Shown piece after piece: positions 23,319 to 34,288 of a DNA stretch of 64,000 bases. A program made the position numbers and the translations under genes. Below the pieces are notes generated by a model, which worked only from the letters and a program-made list of their open reading frames with translations, had not been told where the DNA came from and made no database searches. The stretch covers positions 8,119 to 72,118 of the forward strand of contig JBFXLE010000022.1 of assembly GCA_050173015.1 (NCBI GenBank), written 5' to 3'. The first letter of the stretch is position 1. Every line of letters begins with the position of its first letter. The stretch comes from Calditrichaceae bacterium. GTDB taxonomy: Bacteria; Calditrichota; Calditrichia; Calditrichales; JBFXGD01.

Positions 23319-23684
23319 TAAATACCTCCAAAATACACTTTGTTTCGTTAAAAAGAGGCAATATACAAAGACAAACCAATTCCCGCAAGTTCACATTTTT
23401 GAATATTTTTTTATTTAAATGTATAATTATTCTATCGATCATGTTATTTGTTTTACGGTGATATAAATCAAACCATTTGGATAAATTTCTTTTAATATTT
23501 ACACTGGTGGTCAGCCTTCGGTATATTATGGATATAACAATATTGTGTTATCAAAATTATTTTACGGTTATTCTTCCCCTGCTTATGTTTAATTGTACCG
23601 ACTAAGACACCGATTACCTCCCGGAAGAGTTTATTGTTAGATGCTTTTTAAGTTCAGTTCTTTTATCGAACCGGGTTATTTTTT

Positions 23685-25457
23685 ATGAAAATTAATGCAG
23701 TCTATTTGTCGGGATTCAAAAATTTCGAAAAGAATGTCAAGTTTGAATTTTATAATCACACTGACAATCAACATTTAAATATGGTGGGAGAAAGAAAGGA
23801 ATCACTTTTTGAAGCGATGCTTGGGATTCTTTTCGGCTTTGATGAATCGGAAAAAAAATCATTTAAAAACAATCTATCCACTGAAATCTTCAGCGGACTG
23901 CTTGTTCTGAAATTCGACAAGAGGCTTTTTCATATTGAAAGAGATATAAACAATGACTCAGTATCATTTGTAATCAAAAACGAACAAGATGTTAAAATTA
24001 TTTTTCAGGGCAAGGATATACCATCCGAAACATCTGAACGTCCCTATCTGAAAGTTTTAAGTTCACTTTTTCCGATCACAGACAAGCACTCAATCAAAAA
24101 TATATGTTATGAATTTGATTCGGGAGATGATTCCAGATTAATTAATCTCCTGGAAGCATTTAACCTTCTTCTATCGCCGTGGTTAAAATTTGCAGGCACT
24201 AAAAAACTACTGCTTGACTCCTATGAACTCATACGATCGATCCCAAAAACAGATAATAAGGACTCCCTCCTGGTAAAAAAGTTTTTAAAAATCATGAGTT
24301 TTAAAGGCCGATTAACTCAACTGATAAAACTTGATACAACGCTCAATGAAATTACCGACGATATAAAAAAATTCCGGTTTATGTACGAATCATTTGACTC
24401 TCACCTTTCAGTATCGGGCAGAGCGGCAGAAATTCTTAAACAAAATTATCCGTTGCTTATTCAATTTGACGCGGTCAATCTGAAAGAATCGGTTCTTTCC
24501 TGGAAAGAATTACAAAAAGAAAAGCAGGTTCTGGAGAATGAACTTCATAAACTCAGACAAAAGAAGGCGGTTATTAACAGAAACATAGATGATAAATTGT
24601 TGCTTTACAGAAATTTACCGCCAACATTTAAGGCGGATATTGATGAATTCAAAGAGTTGAATATTCAGTTGGAATTAAAAAAGAAACGCGTTTCGGGTAT
24701 GAAAGTGGAAATGATCATCCTGAAAGCGGCTCTCAAGGAAAGGTACCGGCGAAAATGGTATCTCATCGTTGTCATCCCCGCGATTTTTTTCTTCATTTTT
24801 TATTATCTGGTTAAACAAATGTGGATTTTTATCATTCCTGAGACGATCATTATAGCAGGTATAATAATATTTTATATAGGTCATCTGAAAACAAAAATCA
24901 AAAAGCAGATAAAGTGGGTAAATGAAGAGGCGCAAAGGCTAGAAAAGGATATTCACGACACGGAATCTAAACTTATAAAACTGAAACAAAAATCCTTGCT
25001 GTTTGAAAATCCGGAGTATCTTGATACGCATATTGAACGTTACAGGAAATACAGACAGATGCTTGATCAGCTGAATTCACTGGAAATTCAGGAAAACAAG
25101 ATACTGGAAATGCTTCAGGACGAAATGTATTTGAATCAAATCCCCGCATACCAAAAAAAGTATTCGACTTACATAGACATTACCCGTCCTGATCTGGAAA
25201 AATATCTTGAAGATTTTATCGATTTACAGAACAAACAAGCTCACTCCGCGACTCCCGAAATTCCGTTAAAAGTCAAACAGGAAATTCGTATTATCATAAG
25301 AAGCTACCTTAAGCTCCGCGCCGACCTCTTAAAAATGCGAACCACATACTTGAAAAGTTTACATATGATTTATGACCCTGATAAATGGCCAAAACTAATT
25401 ACCAGGGTCGATGAAATCATAGAAAATCTGGAGAACCGGCTCTCTCCGGAAAAATAG
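23685..25457 (+). CDS. Coiled-coil membrane protein with degenerate SMC/Rad50/YhaN-like N-terminus
   Basis: MKINAVYLSGFKNF start, eroded P-loop region, long coiled coils, two TMs near aa 358-400. Confidence 0.55.
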   Translation: MKINAVYLSGFKNFEKNVKFEFYNHTDNQHLNMVGERKESLFEAMLGILFGFDESEKKSFKNNLSTEIFSGLLVLKFDKRLFHIERDINNDSVSFVIKNEQDVKIIFQGKDIPSETSERPYLKVLSSLFPITDKHSIKNICYEFDSGDDSRLINLLEAFNLLLSPWLKFAGTKKLLLDSYELIRSIPKTDNKDSLLVKKFLKIMSFKGRLTQLIKLDTTLNEITDDIKKFRFMYESFDSHLSVSGRAAEILKQNYPLLIQFDAVNLKESVLSWKELQKEKQVLENELHKLRQKKAVINRNIDDKLLLYRNLPPTFKADIDEFKELNIQLELKKKRVSGMKVEMIILKAALKERYRRKWYLIVVIPAIFFFIFYYLVKQMWIFIIPETIIIAGIIIFYIGHLKTKIKKQIKWVNEEAQRLEKDIHDTESKLIKLKQKSLLFENPEYLDTHIERYRKYRQMLDQLNSLEIQENKILEMLQDEMYLNQIPAYQKKYSTYIDITRPDLEKYLEDFIDLQNKQAHSATPEIPLKVKQEIRIIIRSYLKLRADLLKMRTTYLKSLHMIYDPDKWPKLITRVDEIIENLENRLSPEK

Positions 25458-25531
25458 TGAGTCGGTCAGGTTTTATTTTATATCGACTGGGCGGGATTGT
25501 TGATAATCAACCGTTATCCTTCAATGAAACT

Positions 25532-26902
25532 TTACTCATCATGCATCATTTCCAGGCTGATCTGGAATTTCTTAAGTTTTTCTTCCAGTAATTTCCGGCT
25601 GATTTGCACATCTTTCGCGACAAGATCAAGATCCCATTCATTTATATGAAGACGGTTTAATAAATATAATTTTTCAAATTCTCCCATGGCTTTCTGATAT
25701 GAATCGCTGGAAATAACCACATCATTCGTCTTATCCATTTGTATGGCTGTTGCCGCGGTTCCGTAATCTATTACATTCGAATTACTGAATAGGACCATTC
25801 TGAAGACTGCCGATTTTAATTGTCTTACATTTCCTTTCCAGGGCTGAATCTTAATCAATTCCAGGGCTTGATCGCTGAAGTGTGTAATATTTTTGCCATA
25901 TTTTTCACAGCCGCGACGCAGATAAAATTCCGATAACAATGGAATATCCTCCACTCTCTTCCGAAGCGGTGGTATATTTATGGAAAAAGCATTCAATCTG
26001 TAAAAAAGGTCTTCCCTGAACTGTCCTGATTTTACTTCGTTAATCAAAATTTTATTTGTCGCGGCTATGATGCGCACTTTGGAATGAATCGTCTCCGTAC
26101 CCCCGACACGCTGGTACTCGCCATCGTTTAAAAATTTTAATAATTTCCCCTGCGCTTCCAATGGCAATTCAGCAACCTCATCAAGGAATAATGTCCCGTT
26201 GTTGGCCTCGGCGATCAATCCTTCTTTTCTCGCGGTCGCGCCCGTAAATGCCCCCTTCTCGTATCCAAATAGTACGGACTCGACCAGTGTCATAGGAATG
26301 GAGGCGCAATTAACAGATACGAAGGAATGCGCTTCCCTAATGCTGTGATAATGAATGATTCTTGCCAGTAAATCCTTTCCCACGCCGCTCTCACCCATCA
26401 GCAATACTTTCGTATCTGTGGGAGCGATGGTTTTGATATCCTGATATACTTTGTGTATTTCTTTGCTTTTGCCTATCAGTGTAAACTGCTTACTTAATTC
26501 CTTGAATAAAGCTTCGCTTAGCAGCGTAAGCTCATTCTTCTCAATCGCCCTGTTGATGGTCAATGTCAGACGATCGATGTCTACCGGTTTTTCAAGAAAA
26601 TCATAAGCCCCCATCTTTGTCGCGTCAACGGCAGTCCTTATTGTCGAAGCGCCGGAGACCATTATAACCGGTATGTTCGGTTTCACCTCCACAATTTTCT
26701 TGAGGATATCAAGCCCGTTTAGCTCCTGATTCAGCACAACATCCGCCAGAATTACATTCCATTCGTTAGTGATCGCTTCTTTCAATCCTTGCTCCGCATC
26801 CGTGTGATATTTCAATTCCATACCCCGAAGCGCGAGTGTCTTTTGCACCTGGATACAATATGCTTCATTGTCATCTATCAGTAAAACCTTTTTTATTTCC
26901 AT
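25532..26902 (-). CDS. Sigma54-dependent response regulator (NtrC family)
   Basis: Receiver domain, GESGVGKD Walker A, GAFTGA, LFLDE, FREDLFYRL, C-terminal HTH. Confidence 0.93.
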   Translation of the reverse strand: MEIKKVLLIDDNEAYCIQVQKTLALRGMELKYHTDAEQGLKEAITNEWNVILADVVLNQELNGLDILKKIVEVKPNIPVIMVSGASTIRTAVDATKMGAYDFLEKPVDIDRLTLTINRAIEKNELTLLSEALFKELSKQFTLIGKSKEIHKVYQDIKTIAPTDTKVLLMGESGVGKDLLARIIHYHSIREAHSFVSVNCASIPMTLVESVLFGYEKGAFTGATARKEGLIAEANNGTLFLDEVAELPLEAQGKLLKFLNDGEYQRVGGTETIHSKVRIIAATNKILINEVKSGQFREDLFYRLNAFSINIPPLRKRVEDIPLLSEFYLRRGCEKYGKNITHFSDQALELIKIQPWKGNVRQLKSAVFRMVLFSNSNVIDYGTAATAIQMDKTNDVVISSDSYQKAMGEFEKLYLLNRLHINEWDLDLVAKDVQISRKLLEEKLKKFQISLEMMHDE

Positions 26903-28005
26903 TCCATAATCTTTCCATTTTCAGTGTGAGAATTAATCTCAAAACTGAGTTTACTTCCTTTATTTTCAATCATTTCGAATATCAAATGTGACCCGTGTTT
27001 TTCTAACATCCTCATTGCGATAAGTAAATCCTTGTAAAAACCAATATTTTTATCCGATATTTTCGGAGTTATAACAGATTGCAAATCTTCGTTCTTTGTG
27101 TCTTGTATAGAAACAAGTAATTTTTGCAAATTCCGGGAGGGGAGATGTTTGATGGATATATGAATCTTTCCTTTTCCATCCATGGACTTTATGCGATTTA
27201 AAACTATATTTTTTAACGCAAGTTCCATTTCCCTCTTATTTATATATACCGGAGGCAATTTTTCTTCTATTTCTCTGACTAAGGTGACGCCATTTAATAT
27301 ATCATCCGTGATTTGACTCAAAACCCTCTCCGCCAAATCCACGAAATCGCAGGCTGAGTAATTATTTTGAGTCGTATTTGACATCATCGACAAAATGTTT
27401 GCAAATTTCTTTATATCCTCTATCGCATCCAGAGCAGGCTGAACATAATCTTCGATCTCGGCATTGACAGAGTCCGCCGCGCCACCATTTTCATCACGGG
27501 AAAATTTAAGATTCTGCAAAGATATCATTGCCGTTGAAAGAGGTGACTTCAGATCATGAACTAATTTATGAATCACTTCAAAATATATATCGTCAAATTT
27601 TGACTTCTGTAAGATCAGTTTGATCAGGAAACATCTTTTCATGATTCCCAATGTCACCGGCTGAATATTCACAAGGAAATTCAGCGTTTCTTTTCCATTG
27701 TATAAATTCCAGTATGTGGTATCAGGATGACCCGATGCGATGGATTCGTCTATGACTTTTGTCAATTCGATAAATTTATCCGACTTGGAGATGTCTGATT
27801 TTGACATCTCGGGATTCAGAATGTCAAGAAAAGAATGATTAACCGCTAAAATTTTAAGATTATCTGAAATGCATAACGATGGTGAAAACTGGCTTAAGAT
27901 CAGTTTTCTTGACATCATTCTCGGTACAATAAGAACAAAAATCAAAACGATTCCGGTAACTATGATAAATGAGATAAGTAAATATATTACCATCTTACAT
28001 ACCAA
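26893..28005 (-). CDS. Membrane-anchored histidine-kinase-like protein with degenerate ATPase domain
   Basis: TM, PAS-like region, H-box HDLKSPL, N-box-like KNIVLN; G1/G2 glycines missing. Confidence 0.75.
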   Translation of the reverse strand: MVCKMVIYLLISFIIVTGIVLIFVLIVPRMMSRKLILSQFSPSLCISDNLKILAVNHSFLDILNPEMSKSDISKSDKFIELTKVIDESIASGHPDTTYWNLYNGKETLNFLVNIQPVTLGIMKRCFLIKLILQKSKFDDIYFEVIHKLVHDLKSPLSTAMISLQNLKFSRDENGGAADSVNAEIEDYVQPALDAIEDIKKFANILSMMSNTTQNNYSACDFVDLAERVLSQITDDILNGVTLVREIEEKLPPVYINKREMELALKNIVLNRIKSMDGKGKIHISIKHLPSRNLQKLLVSIQDTKNEDLQSVITPKISDKNIGFYKDLLIAMRMLEKHGSHLIFEMIENKGSKLSFEINSHTENGKIMEWK

Positions 28006-28385
28006 CCGAAGTTTGAAACAGTTATTCTACATATCATTCCTGATCCCAAAATCCTTTTTGAAATACAGATTATCCTTAATCAATCCATTTGAACACAAAT
28101 TCTTTTCAGATAAATATGACAATTATCAATAACCGGTTTGTCTCTCTGAAGCGTGTTAAATTCAGTTTGCCAAATACCTTGAATTAATGTAAGTAAAACT
28201 AACCTATTTAGTCAAGCCTATTCAAAATTTTGTAACTAAATAACCTTATTTTTTATGACTGAAGTATTCCAATTTATATCAAATATCATCATGGATGGAT
28301 TTACTTTTTTTTGACATTTTATTGTAAGTAATATTTATAGTATTAAATTGTATTATTATCATATTATCAACGAGCTTGTCAGCTG

Positions 28386-29132
28386 ATGGATATATTGCAC
28401 ACTCTCTTGCTTTTTGGCGTTGGACTGATTGCCGGTTTTATGAATGTATTCGCCGGAGGAGGTTCCACTCTCACATTACCCGCGCTTATTTTCCTGGGAC
28501 TTGATAGCGCATCGGCAAACGGGACCAACAGAATTGCTATCATCATTCAAAATATTTTTGCCATGTGGGGTTTTCAGCAGGAAAAAGTCAATCATCTTAA
28601 ACAAAGCTTTCTTCTTGCGGTTTTCACACTTCCCGGGGCTGTTTTGGGAGCGATTTTAGCGATCAGAATCAGTGATTTATGGTTCCAAAGGATACTGGGT
28701 GTCATTATGATATTAATAATTGTCACCATGTTTTTCCCACAGTCCCGTAACGTACCAGAGTCCGGTATGGAGGAAAACAGAAAATCCCTACTCATTTATC
28801 CCGCGCTCTTCGGCATAGGGTTCTATGGAGGATTTATACAGGTGGGTGTGGGGTTTTTATTGATGGCGGCATTGTATCATATTCTGAAAATCGGGCTTGT
28901 AAAAGTGAATGTGCATAAGGTGGCTATAGTTTTTTTATACACAATACCGGCGATTCTGGTATTTATTGCCACCGGAAATATAAACTGGGAGCTTGGATTG
29001 TCTCTTGCCGCGGGCAACGGTGCCGGCGGATGGCTTGCTGCCCGGATTTCCGTAAAGGGCGGGGAAAAGATCATTCGTTATATTTTGGCGCTGACCATTT
29101 TTATTATGGCCGTAAAACTATTCCGATTCTAG
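28386..29132 (+). CDS. TSUP (TauE/SafE) family permease
   Basis: AGGGS.LTLPAL, ANGTNR, GFYGGFIQVGVG. Confidence 0.88.
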   Translation: MDILHTLLLFGVGLIAGFMNVFAGGGSTLTLPALIFLGLDSASANGTNRIAIIIQNIFAMWGFQQEKVNHLKQSFLLAVFTLPGAVLGAILAIRISDLWFQRILGVIMILIIVTMFFPQSRNVPESGMEENRKSLLIYPALFGIGFYGGFIQVGVGFLLMAALYHILKIGLVKVNVHKVAIVFLYTIPAILVFIATGNINWELGLSLAAGNGAGGWLAARISVKGGEKIIRYILALTIFIMAVKLFRF

Positions 29133-29149
29133 CAGATATACAGCAGCTA

Positions 29150-30859
29150 TTAACAAACGGCCGGTTCGCTTCCCGCATAATCCGGGACATACACAGCTCT
29201 TTTGATTTTATTTGTCGGCGTTTTCAAAAACGGCTCCGTCTGTTCGATCACTTTTTGTATTCTAGATGCAGACGGAAGCTGCGCGTTTGTTTCTACTTTT
29301 ACTTTCTCAAGAATATTCTCGATTTCATTTGCTATAATCGCCTGTTCTGTTTCTGAATTTTGCATAAAATTATAGTCAGGATAAATTCTGGCGGTTAATT
29401 TGTTGTTCAACATGTAAACAAGCGCTTCTTCAACATAATCGGATTCTTTTAATTTATTTTCGATCACTTCAGGATATATATTTTCTCCGGATGAACCGAT
29501 AATTACATTCTTGGACCTTCCCTTGATAAAAAGAAATCCATCGTGATCCAGATATCCCCTGTCTCCCGTTATAAACCAGCCATCCCCGGTGAACACCTTT
29601 TTTGTTTCCGCGTCATTTTTATAATAACCCTTCATAACATTCGGACCGGATACATAAATCTCACCGATTCCTGTCACAGGATCCGGATCAACAATTTTTA
29701 TTTTAACGCCGGTTATGGCGTGGCCAACCGACTCTATTTTCGCGGTCGCCATCGAAGAAAACGTTACCAAAGGTGAACATTCACTCAACCCGTATCCCGC
29801 GGCGTAAGGAATCCCTCCCGTTCTTAGAAAAATTTCCACCTCCCGATTCAAACTCGCGCCTCCGATAATCGCGCATTTCAGCCTTCCGCCAAATGCTTTT
29901 TTGATTTTTTTTCCGACTAATTTATAAACCAGTTTCCTGCCAAGGTTCGAGGCGGATAGCAATTTTAATACTTTTTTCTCTGTTATTACCGGAAGCACCT
30001 GTTTATGGTATATCTTTTCAAAAACAAGCGGTACCGCTCCGATAATATGCGGCCGTACTTTCTGCATAGCGTTCATTAGTACCTTTGGAGAAGGTTTCTG
30101 ATTCAGATAGTAAATACTTGACCCGCAGTAAATAATCGATAAAAAGGCAGACGTGGAGCCAAACGCGTGAGCCATGGGAAGGATTGTCAGGACAACACTT
30201 TTATCGTCTATCACTCCAAGAAGATCCGGTCCTTCAAACAAGTTGCTGACAAGATTTTTATGGGTAAGCATAACCCCCTTGGACTGGCCTGTCGTCCCTG
30301 ATGTATAGAGAATTTCAGCAAGATCGTTCTCATGGATTTCCGCTTTTTTATAATCGGGATCTTTTTCCAGGGATTTGATGATTTTTTTGGGTAGATTTTG
30401 TATATGCTCCCAGATATTCTTGTGTTCCTCCTTATCCGGCAAAGGCATAAAATCACTGAGACTAAGGACAACCTTCATTTTTGTGATTGATGGAATATCC
30501 ATAGACTGGAATAGATATTCAGAAATAAATATCCCGGTGGCTTCAGAATGTTTAAGTATATTTTGGATATCAGCTTCCGGAAATTCATCCATGACGGGAA
30601 CAGCAACACAACCCAGAGTGGTGACCGCCATAAAAGCGATTGCCCAGTTTGGCGTGGAATTTCCGAGAATGACAATTTTATCATTCTTTTTTAGCCCGAT
30701 TTTGGTCAGATATAATTTTAATTGCTCAACTTTGTGCGCGAATTCAGCGTATGTAATCGGTTTTTCACCCACAAGCGCCAGTGATGGCCTGTCTGAATAT
30801 TTCTGAACGACTTTATCAAAAAACAGATCCAAAGTATACCGCGATAATCCAAATTTCAT
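29150..30859 (-). CDS. Long-chain fatty acid-CoA ligase (AMP-binding)
   Basis: YTSGTTGQSKGVML, GYGLSE, TGDRG, GRSKNVI..SGENIYPE. Confidence 0.9.
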   Translation of the reverse strand: MKFGLSRYTLDLFFDKVVQKYSDRPSLALVGEKPITYAEFAHKVEQLKLYLTKIGLKKNDKIVILGNSTPNWAIAFMAVTTLGCVAVPVMDEFPEADIQNILKHSEATGIFISEYLFQSMDIPSITKMKVVLSLSDFMPLPDKEEHKNIWEHIQNLPKKIIKSLEKDPDYKKAEIHENDLAEILYTSGTTGQSKGVMLTHKNLVSNLFEGPDLLGVIDDKSVVLTILPMAHAFGSTSAFLSIIYCGSSIYYLNQKPSPKVLMNAMQKVRPHIIGAVPLVFEKIYHKQVLPVITEKKVLKLLSASNLGRKLVYKLVGKKIKKAFGGRLKCAIIGGASLNREVEIFLRTGGIPYAAGYGLSECSPLVTFSSMATAKIESVGHAITGVKIKIVDPDPVTGIGEIYVSGPNVMKGYYKNDAETKKVFTGDGWFITGDRGYLDHDGFLFIKGRSKNVIIGSSGENIYPEVIENKLKESDYVEEALVYMLNNKLTARIYPDYNFMQNSETEQAIIANEIENILEKVKVETNAQLPSASRIQKVIEQTEPFLKTPTNKIKRAVYVPDYAGSEPAVC

Positions 30860-30951
30860 TCCGAAAGTCCTTTACATTTTCTTAGGCGGCCGCGCTTAAG
30901 TTTCATTTCCTTAATCAAACCGTTTATTTTTAGATTCTTTGCTATCGCTGA

Positions 30952-31497
30952 TCATCGTATAGGATTAGACGCCTGAAAATCGGCCAGCAATTTTTGCAGA
31001 TTCGGATTCGCCGATAACAGCCGGTATTCCAATAATTTTATTACCGTCAGAAAATCGCGCCATTCAGATATAAAGCTTTCCGGTCCGCTGAATATTTGCT
31101 TTGCTTCATGAAGAGTCGCTTTGAAATAATCAGAAAAGCTCATATTTTCAAGTTCGTCCGTCAGGGCGCTGATAATATGTAAAAATTTTTCTCCACCCAG
31201 CCACACTCCGCGACAATTCTGACAGTAGTCAATTTCGATACCGGTATCTCTGTAATCAATACTGACCAATTTGGAGCTGCAGAAAGGACATGACATTGGA
31301 TTTTTCAGAATTTTAAATTTATCGGGATGTTTCCAAAGTTCAAAATCCATCCAGTTCAAATCCGGATCAACTTGTTCTCTTGCTATCCTTAGTTGTTCTT
31401 CTTCAAACCATGTCCCGTTGCATGAGGGACATTCCTTTATTTTGACGGAACCAACCATACATTCCTTCATCTTTTTTTTGCATTCCGGACAATCCAT
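30952..31497 (-). CDS. Tandem zf-TFIIB zinc-ribbon protein
   Basis: CPEC..ECPSCNGTWF and CPFC..IDYCQNCRGVWL; ATG 31497 with GAGG RBS. Confidence 0.8.
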   Translation of the reverse strand: MDCPECKKKMKECMVGSVKIKECPSCNGTWFEEEQLRIAREQVDPDLNWMDFELWKHPDKFKILKNPMSCPFCSSKLVSIDYRDTGIEIDYCQNCRGVWLGGEKFLHIISALTDELENMSFSDYFKATLHEAKQIFSGPESFISEWRDFLTVIKLLEYRLLSANPNLQKLLADFQASNPIR

Positions 31498-31771
31498 TTT
31501 ATCTGCCTCACTTTTTGTGGATAAGTTTAATTTTGATTGAAACACTTTTAATATTAAAACTCTATTTTCCAAAAAAATGAACCGGACTCTTTTTCCTTTT
31601 GCTGGTTTGCCCGATCAGTCCGCCATATCTGGTCCCCGATTAAACCGGACTAATTGAATACGACCTTATTAATACTACAATATAAATAAATTCAATTACA
31701 GAGAAAATTAAAAAATTTACATTGGTCCATGACAATCTGAACAAAAGAAGGAGTGTAAGAAACGGATAGAA

Positions 31772-33541
31772 TTAAATCGGAAGAGATATGGAGAATGTGC
31801 TTCCCTGTCCCGGCCGGCTGATTACGGTGATATTTCCCTTATGCAGATGCACAATATGTTTCGTAATGGCGAGTCCTAATCCGGTACCCCCCATTTTTCG
31901 GCTTCGGGCTTTATCAACTCTGTAAAATCGCTCAAAAATGCGCGCCAAATGCTCCTCAGCGATTCCGACGCCATCATCTTTGACTTCAATGAGAAGAGTA
32001 TCTTTATCGCGCCGGCATGTGATTTTCACCGCGCCATTCACCGAACTGTATTTGATCGCGTTATCGAGTAAATTGATCATCGCTTCCTCGATCAAAGCAT
32101 CATTGATTCTCGCGCTTAAATCAGCAGGACAATCAGTTATAATCGAAATATTTTTAGTGAGGGCAGCCGGTTCACAAATCTGGACGGCAGCTTCCAGGAC
32201 ATTCGACACTTTTTTCACTTCAAAAACAATTTTTTCTTTCTCTCCGTCGTTCTCGAGACGGGCGAGTGTCAGCAAGTCATCGATTATGGAATTCAGCCGG
32301 TTTGTTTGCCTGGAGATGATCTCCAGAAACTTATCAGCTTTTTCGGGTTCATGAATCGCCCCATCGGCTAATGCTTCAACAAACCCTTTGATAGAAGTAA
32401 GAGGAGTCCGGATTTCATGAGAGGCGTTCGCCACAAAATCTTTTCTGCCGTTTTCAAGCCTGCGCAATCGAGTAACATCATTCAATACAATTAACGCTCC
32501 AATCGTTTCGTTTTTTTCATTCTGCAGCGCTGTACCATGGACTTGCACTATAAAATCACCCTGATTATGAAGAATGATTTCCGCTTCCTGCATTTCATCC
32601 GATTCCAGCGTCCCGGTTACAATATTTTGTAATCCTGTATTTCTGAATAGTTCATGTATATCGCGCCCCCGAACATCTTTTGGATCAATCCCAAGAATTT
32701 TGGCGGCGCCCTTGTTCATACTCATTACCCGTTCATTCCGGTCAACCGCAAAAACACCCTCCGCCATGCTCTGAAGGACGGCTTGCTGTTCATTGTTCTG
32801 GGTAATAATAGTTTTTATTTTTTCATCTAACTGCGCGGCCATTTTATTGAGTTCATCTGAGAGTTTGCTTAACTCAAGTGATTTCAGCGCGGGCAGCCTG
32901 AATTCGAGATTACCTTTCGAAAAATGTTCAACTCCCCTGGTCATTTCCTCCACCGGGGCGCTGATCCTCCTTGCCACCAAAAGACTGATAAAAGCGGTAA
33001 TTAAGGCGATTATTAATCCGGAAATAGCAATATTTTTCTGGATTTCTATAAGTGCGCTCTCTACAGAAGTTAAATGTTTCGATGTTCTTACCAGGGCGAT
33101 CGTCTGATCATCCTGTTTTACGGGAATGGCCACATACATCAGATTCGCGTCAATAGTGTAACTGAACCTTATCGATGATCCCGAATTACCGGCCAGCGCC
33201 TGTTTAATCTCCGGTCTGTCCATATGATTATCCATGATGGCCGGATCTTCATCAGAATCGGCGATCACTTTGCCATTTGGAAGTATTACCGTAATGCGGG
33301 TGCCCGTTTTCTTCCCAAGTTCTCTAACCGTTGAATCCAGCGCGCTTTTTTCTCTGAGATTCAATAGCGATCTAATCGTCGGTTCCAGCATCAGCGCCTC
33401 AGACTCTAAATCCAGGGAGCTCTGCTTAAAATAAAAATTTCGGGTGAGACCTGATGAATACCAGGTTACGGCTGCCAGTCCAACGACCAATATCAATAAA
33501 AACGATGGGAAAATCTGCCACAGGAGTCTCTTCTTACGCAT
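31772..33541 (-). CDS. phoR: PhoR-like sensor histidine kinase (TM-HAMP-PAS-HisKA-HATPase)
   Basis: DFVANASHEIRTPLT, NLLDNAIKYS, FERFYRVDKARSRKMGGTGLGL. Confidence 0.85.
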   Translation of the reverse strand: MRKKRLLWQIFPSFLLILVVGLAAVTWYSSGLTRNFYFKQSSLDLESEALMLEPTIRSLLNLREKSALDSTVRELGKKTGTRITVILPNGKVIADSDEDPAIMDNHMDRPEIKQALAGNSGSSIRFSYTIDANLMYVAIPVKQDDQTIALVRTSKHLTSVESALIEIQKNIAISGLIIALITAFISLLVARRISAPVEEMTRGVEHFSKGNLEFRLPALKSLELSKLSDELNKMAAQLDEKIKTIITQNNEQQAVLQSMAEGVFAVDRNERVMSMNKGAAKILGIDPKDVRGRDIHELFRNTGLQNIVTGTLESDEMQEAEIILHNQGDFIVQVHGTALQNEKNETIGALIVLNDVTRLRRLENGRKDFVANASHEIRTPLTSIKGFVEALADGAIHEPEKADKFLEIISRQTNRLNSIIDDLLTLARLENDGEKEKIVFEVKKVSNVLEAAVQICEPAALTKNISIITDCPADLSARINDALIEEAMINLLDNAIKYSSVNGAVKITCRRDKDTLLIEVKDDGVGIAEEHLARIFERFYRVDKARSRKMGGTGLGLAITKHIVHLHKGNITVISRPGQGSTFSISLPI

Positions 33542-33544
33542 TAT

Positions 33545-34237
33545 TTATTCCTTGAATTTGTAACCAACACCTCTTACCGTCTCAATGTAATCGCCGAATT
33601 TACCCAACTTTTTTCTCAAACCAACGACCTGCACATCAATCGCTCTCTCCGTAACGGGATAATCTTCTCCTCTGAGCGCGTCAACAATCTGGTAGCGGGT
33701 AAATACCCACCCGGGGCGACCAGCCAGAAACTGCAGCAGCCGGAATTCACTGTAAGTTAAATCCAGCGATTCTCCATTCAGAATGACTTCGTGTCTGCCG
33801 GGGTGGATAATAATGTCATGAATCTGAAGCACATCGTCTTCATTGGTCAGTTTTTGATTTTTTCGGCGTAAAATAGCTTTAATGCGGGCGGTCAGAACCT
33901 TCGAGCTAAACGGTTTGATCACATAATCATCCGCGCCCAACTCCAGCCCTTTTACTATATCCGCCTCATCGCCTTTGGCAGTAAGCATGATGATCGGAAT
34001 TTCAGTCTGTGCCTGGTTTTGTTTTATCACCCTGCAGACATCCAATCCATCCATCCCCGGTAGCATGATGTCCAGCAGGATTAAATCCGGATGCTTATGT
34101 TTGAGGGCTTTTACGATTTCTTCACCGTTTGTAAAGCGGGTGATTTTGTAGCCTTCTTTAGAAAGAAAGTACTCGATAAGATCAAGAATATCCTCTTCAT
34201 CATCAACCGCGTAAATTTTTTCACCGGCCATATTCAC
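33545..34237 (-). CDS. phoB: PhoB/OmpR family response regulator
   Basis: Receiver plus winged helix (RAIDVQV..LRKKL, ETVRGVGY); paired with phoR. Confidence 0.82.
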   Translation of the reverse strand: MNMAGEKIYAVDDEEDILDLIEYFLSKEGYKITRFTNGEEIVKALKHKHPDLILLDIMLPGMDGLDVCRVIKQNQAQTEIPIIMLTAKGDEADIVKGLELGADDYVIKPFSSKVLTARIKAILRRKNQKLTNEDDVLQIHDIIIHPGRHEVILNGESLDLTYSEFRLLQFLAGRPGWVFTRYQIVDALRGEDYPVTERAIDVQVVGLRKKLGKFGDYIETVRGVGYKFKE

Positions 34238-34288
34238 TCCATAATTCTTACTTTTATCATAAATACGAATTTCAATATGAGCAAGAAT

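Noticed and set aside
225-23418. Many short alternative-frame and antisense ORFs over the respiratory genes and pfp
   Set aside because: Shadow ORFs within well-supported genes, with no recognisable motifs
31580-31670. c-di-GMP-I riboswitch suggested by GGGCAAACC on the minus strand
   Set aside because: Lacks the GAAA-capped stem and the downstream GGGACGCAAA/P3 elements
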